From the NCBI GenBank assembly GCA_034716155.1, contig JAYEFR010000079.1, positions 1,444 to 65,443 of the forward strand: a DNA stretch of 64,000 nt, written 5' to 3'. Below are positions 61,790-64,000 of this stretch, in pieces. Under the pieces are notes generated by a model, which searched no databases, had not been told where the DNA came from, and was given only the letters and a program-made list of their open reading frames with translations. Made by a program: the position numbers and the translations under genes. The DNA comes from Thermodesulfobacteriota bacterium. GTDB lineage: Bacteria > Desulfobacterota > Desulfomonilia > UBA1062. Position 1 is the stretch's first letter; each line of letters begins with the position of its first letter.

Positions 61790-62823
61790 ACATTGAATTC
61801 AAAAGAGATCGCATCGTTATCAGATACAAGGAGAAGAAATGGGACTGGATGCTTGAGCCCAGATACTGGCGGAATTCTATTATCTGGACAAGCATGTTGC
61901 TCATCTTTCCTGTGTTTGCTTTCTTTGTAAGCCCCGGACTTATCAACACCATGATCACTGCAAATATTTACGCGGCCATTGCCATCCCTTTAGCCCTAAT
62001 GACCATAGGGACCGGGCGAATGAACTTCGGCCCGAATTTTTTCATCGGCATTGGAGGTTATACAGCAGCGCTACTCAGCATTGCCTACGGGTGGGGGCCG
62101 CTTGCGACCTTGCCTTTTGCGATCATTCTCACGATACTGGCTGCCCTTATCTTCAGCCCACTTGTTGTTGTAGCCCGTGGGCTTTACTACGTGCTTCTCA
62201 CCCTGCTTTTACCTCTGGTTTTTCTTGAAGTGACCTTTATCTACTCGAATATTTTTAAGGGGGACGTAGGCCTTTTCGGCATTAAGCTGCTGGTCGACAT
62301 GGGAAATGCCAAACTCAATTTTCTGACAGTGGCCTATATCTCAACAGGAATAATGCTTTTATACCTTTTGGTGGTAAACAAAATCTTAAAATCGCGTTAC
62401 GGTCTGATTATGGCTACCATCAATGATGATGAGGAAGTAGCCCATGGGATCGGAATCAATATAAACAAGGTCAAGATCCTTGCCTTTGTCTTTCCCGCTG
62501 GCATGATTGGAGTTATGGGGTGGTTTCTTGCCCACTACTTTGGGACCTTTGCCGGAATTACCTACCTTCCGCTCACCTTCATGTTAAAGATACTCTTGGT
62601 CCTTATTATCGGGGGGAGGGCCCAGGTATTTGGATGTGTAATAGGCGGTTATTTTGTAGCCTTCTTAGAGATGATCCTCATCAGGACCATGGGGCCTATC
62701 CAGCCAGTGGTCTTTCCTATTATCCTCCTTATCCTCCTCTTTGTGCTCCCTGAAGGCCTCTTCGGGATCTACCGCAAACGCCGCTACAGGGAATATTTGC
62801 CAACCCTACATGTGCGGAGGTAG
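61783..62823 (+). CDS. livM: Branched-chain amino acid ABC transporter permease (LivM-like)
   Basis: 346 aa, multi-TM. Overlaps livH by 7 nt. Confidence 0.8.
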   Translation: MVDIEFKRDRIVIRYKEKKWDWMLEPRYWRNSIIWTSMLLIFPVFAFFVSPGLINTMITANIYAAIAIPLALMTIGTGRMNFGPNFFIGIGGYTAALLSIAYGWGPLATLPFAIILTILAALIFSPLVVVARGLYYVLLTLLLPLVFLEVTFIYSNIFKGDVGLFGIKLLVDMGNAKLNFLTVAYISTGIMLLYLLVVNKILKSRYGLIMATINDDEEVAHGIGININKVKILAFVFPAGMIGVMGWFLAHYFGTFAGITYLPLTFMLKILLVLIIGGRAQVFGCVIGGYFVAFLEMILIRTMGPIQPVVFPIILLILLFVLPEGLFGIYRKRRYREYLPTLHVRR

Positions 62824-62828
62824 ATAAG

Positions 62829-63575
62829 ATGACAGAATTACTTAAAGTCCGCAACATCACCAAGAGCTTTGGAGGCCTTACTGCACTTAATAATGTGAGC
62901 TTCGACGTTCATAAAGGAGAGACAGTGGGTTTTATCGGACCGAATGGCGCTGGAAAGACAACCATGGTCAATGTACTCTCCGGCTATATGTATGCGGATT
63001 CCGGTGAAATAGTAATGGACGGGGTAGTAATTACCAAGATGAAGCCCTATCAGCGGGCCAATCTGGGCCTAAGCCGTACTTATCAGATTCCTCGACCCTT
63101 TCCCGAGTTGACCGCCTTAAACAGTGTTGTAACAAGCGCCATGTGCGGGAAAAAGCGTAAAAACCAGAGCCTGGAGGATGCCGGGTATGAGGCTACACAT
63201 TACCTGGAGTTTGTAGGGCTTTTCAGCAGACGGAATATTCTGGCCAGCGACCTGACCTTTTACGAACTGAGGATGCTGGAGCTTGCAAGGGCACTGGCCA
63301 CCACGCCAAAACTTCTTTTTATTGACGAGGTTATGGCCGGTCTTAACCCGGGGGAGGCCAATAAGGCGGTCCACCTAATTACCCGGGCCAAGGAAGAGTT
63401 CGGAATCTCCATCTTCTGGATCGAGCATGTAATGGCAGTCCTTATGGATGCAGCCGACCGAATTGTTGCCATCGATCATGGCGAAAAGCTTGCTGAGGGA
63501 ACGCCTGAGGAGGTTACCAGCAACGAAAAGGTGATTGAGGCCTATCTGGGTTCTGGCTGGAGGACATATGCTTGA
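62829..63575 (+). CDS. livG: ABC transporter ATP-binding protein (LivG-like)
   Basis: GPNGAGKTT Walker A. LSGG-type signature region. Confidence 0.85.
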   Translation: MTELLKVRNITKSFGGLTALNNVSFDVHKGETVGFIGPNGAGKTTMVNVLSGYMYADSGEIVMDGVVITKMKPYQRANLGLSRTYQIPRPFPELTALNSVVTSAMCGKKRKNQSLEDAGYEATHYLEFVGLFSRRNILASDLTFYELRMLELARALATTPKLLFIDEVMAGLNPGEANKAVHLITRAKEEFGISIFWIEHVMAVLMDAADRIVAIDHGEKLAEGTPEEVTSNEKVIEAYLGSGWRTYA

Positions 63576-64000
63576 GGTAAGAAATCTTTGTGTATCCTAC
63601 GGGGTTATCCCGGTACTTCATGATGTGAGCTTTACAATCAAAGAAGGTGAGATCGTCACATTGCTTGGCTCCAACGGGGCAGGCAAGAGTACCATCTTAA
63701 ATACAATCCAGGGCATTATGAAACCGACCTCAGGTAGTATCGTCTTTAAGGGTAAGCCAATCAACGATTTTCCTCCCCACAAGGTCGTAGCCGAGGGCAT
63801 TGTCCATGTCCCTGAAGGTCATCGGAACTTCCCCTATATGACTGTTAAGGAAAACCTCCTTCTGGGGGCCTACCCGAAAGGGGCATGGGAAGGCAGAAAG
63901 GAATCTTTGGAACATGTAATAAACCTCTTCCCGATCCTCAAAGAACGGGCCAATATGGAAGCCCGTCTGCTAAGTGGTGGTGAACAGCAGATGCTTACCA
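63568..64000 (+). CDS. livF: ABC transporter ATP-binding protein (LivF-like), 3' end truncated by the window
   Basis: ATG 63568 overlaps the livG stop (ATGCTTGA). GSNGAGKST Walker A. LSGGEQQML signature at the window edge. Confidence 0.8.
   Translation, partial: MLEVRNLCVSYGVIPVLHDVSFTIKEGEIVTLLGSNGAGKSTILNTIQGIMKPTSGSIVFKGKPINDFPPHKVVAEGIVHVPEGHRNFPYMTVKENLLLGAYPKGAWEGRKESLEHVINLFPILKERANMEARLLSGGEQQMLT

Overview
Gene-dense 64-kb chromosomal window from a Gram-negative bacterium with roughly mid-40s %GC and many TTG/GTG starts. The gene content (ExbB/ExbD/TonB, type IV minor pilin, c-di-GMP proteins, anaerobe-type flavoprotein genes) fits a delta-proteobacterium- or Nitrospirota-like lineage; I cannot assign the organism from sequence alone. 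I call about 70 CDS, 2 tRNAs (Val-UAC, Asp-GUC), one cobalamin riboswitch with a terminator expression platform, and a multi-copy modular MITE-like intergenic repeat family. Conserved housekeeping blocks are tig-clpP-clpX-lon-hupB-tRNAs, queA-tgt-yajC-secD-secF, xseA-xseB, comEB-dcd-thyX-ndk, gapA, engB and four liv-type ABC transporter genes. The accessory part comprises five things: (1) a TetR-controlled flavoprotein cluster (GlpA-like FAD oxidoreductase with BFD domain, a pyridine nucleotide-disulfide oxidoreductase, DUF1667, two DUF336 genes, an acyl-CoA ligase); (2) a ClC channel next to a zinc-ribbon / class III nucleotidyl cyclase / AAA / TPR protein; (3) an orphan minor pilin with a PilY1-like vWA/beta-propeller protein; (4) a B12 riboswitch in front of exbB-exbD-tonB; (5) a probable seven-gene minus-strand operon larC-larB-larE-HAD phosphatase-FAD-linked oxidase-DUF362-FGGY kinase, with no larA in the window. 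Item (5) is my best candidate for an undescribed nickel-pincer-nucleotide (NPN)-dependent pathway. No CRISPR array, transposase, integrase or restriction-modification genes were seen.
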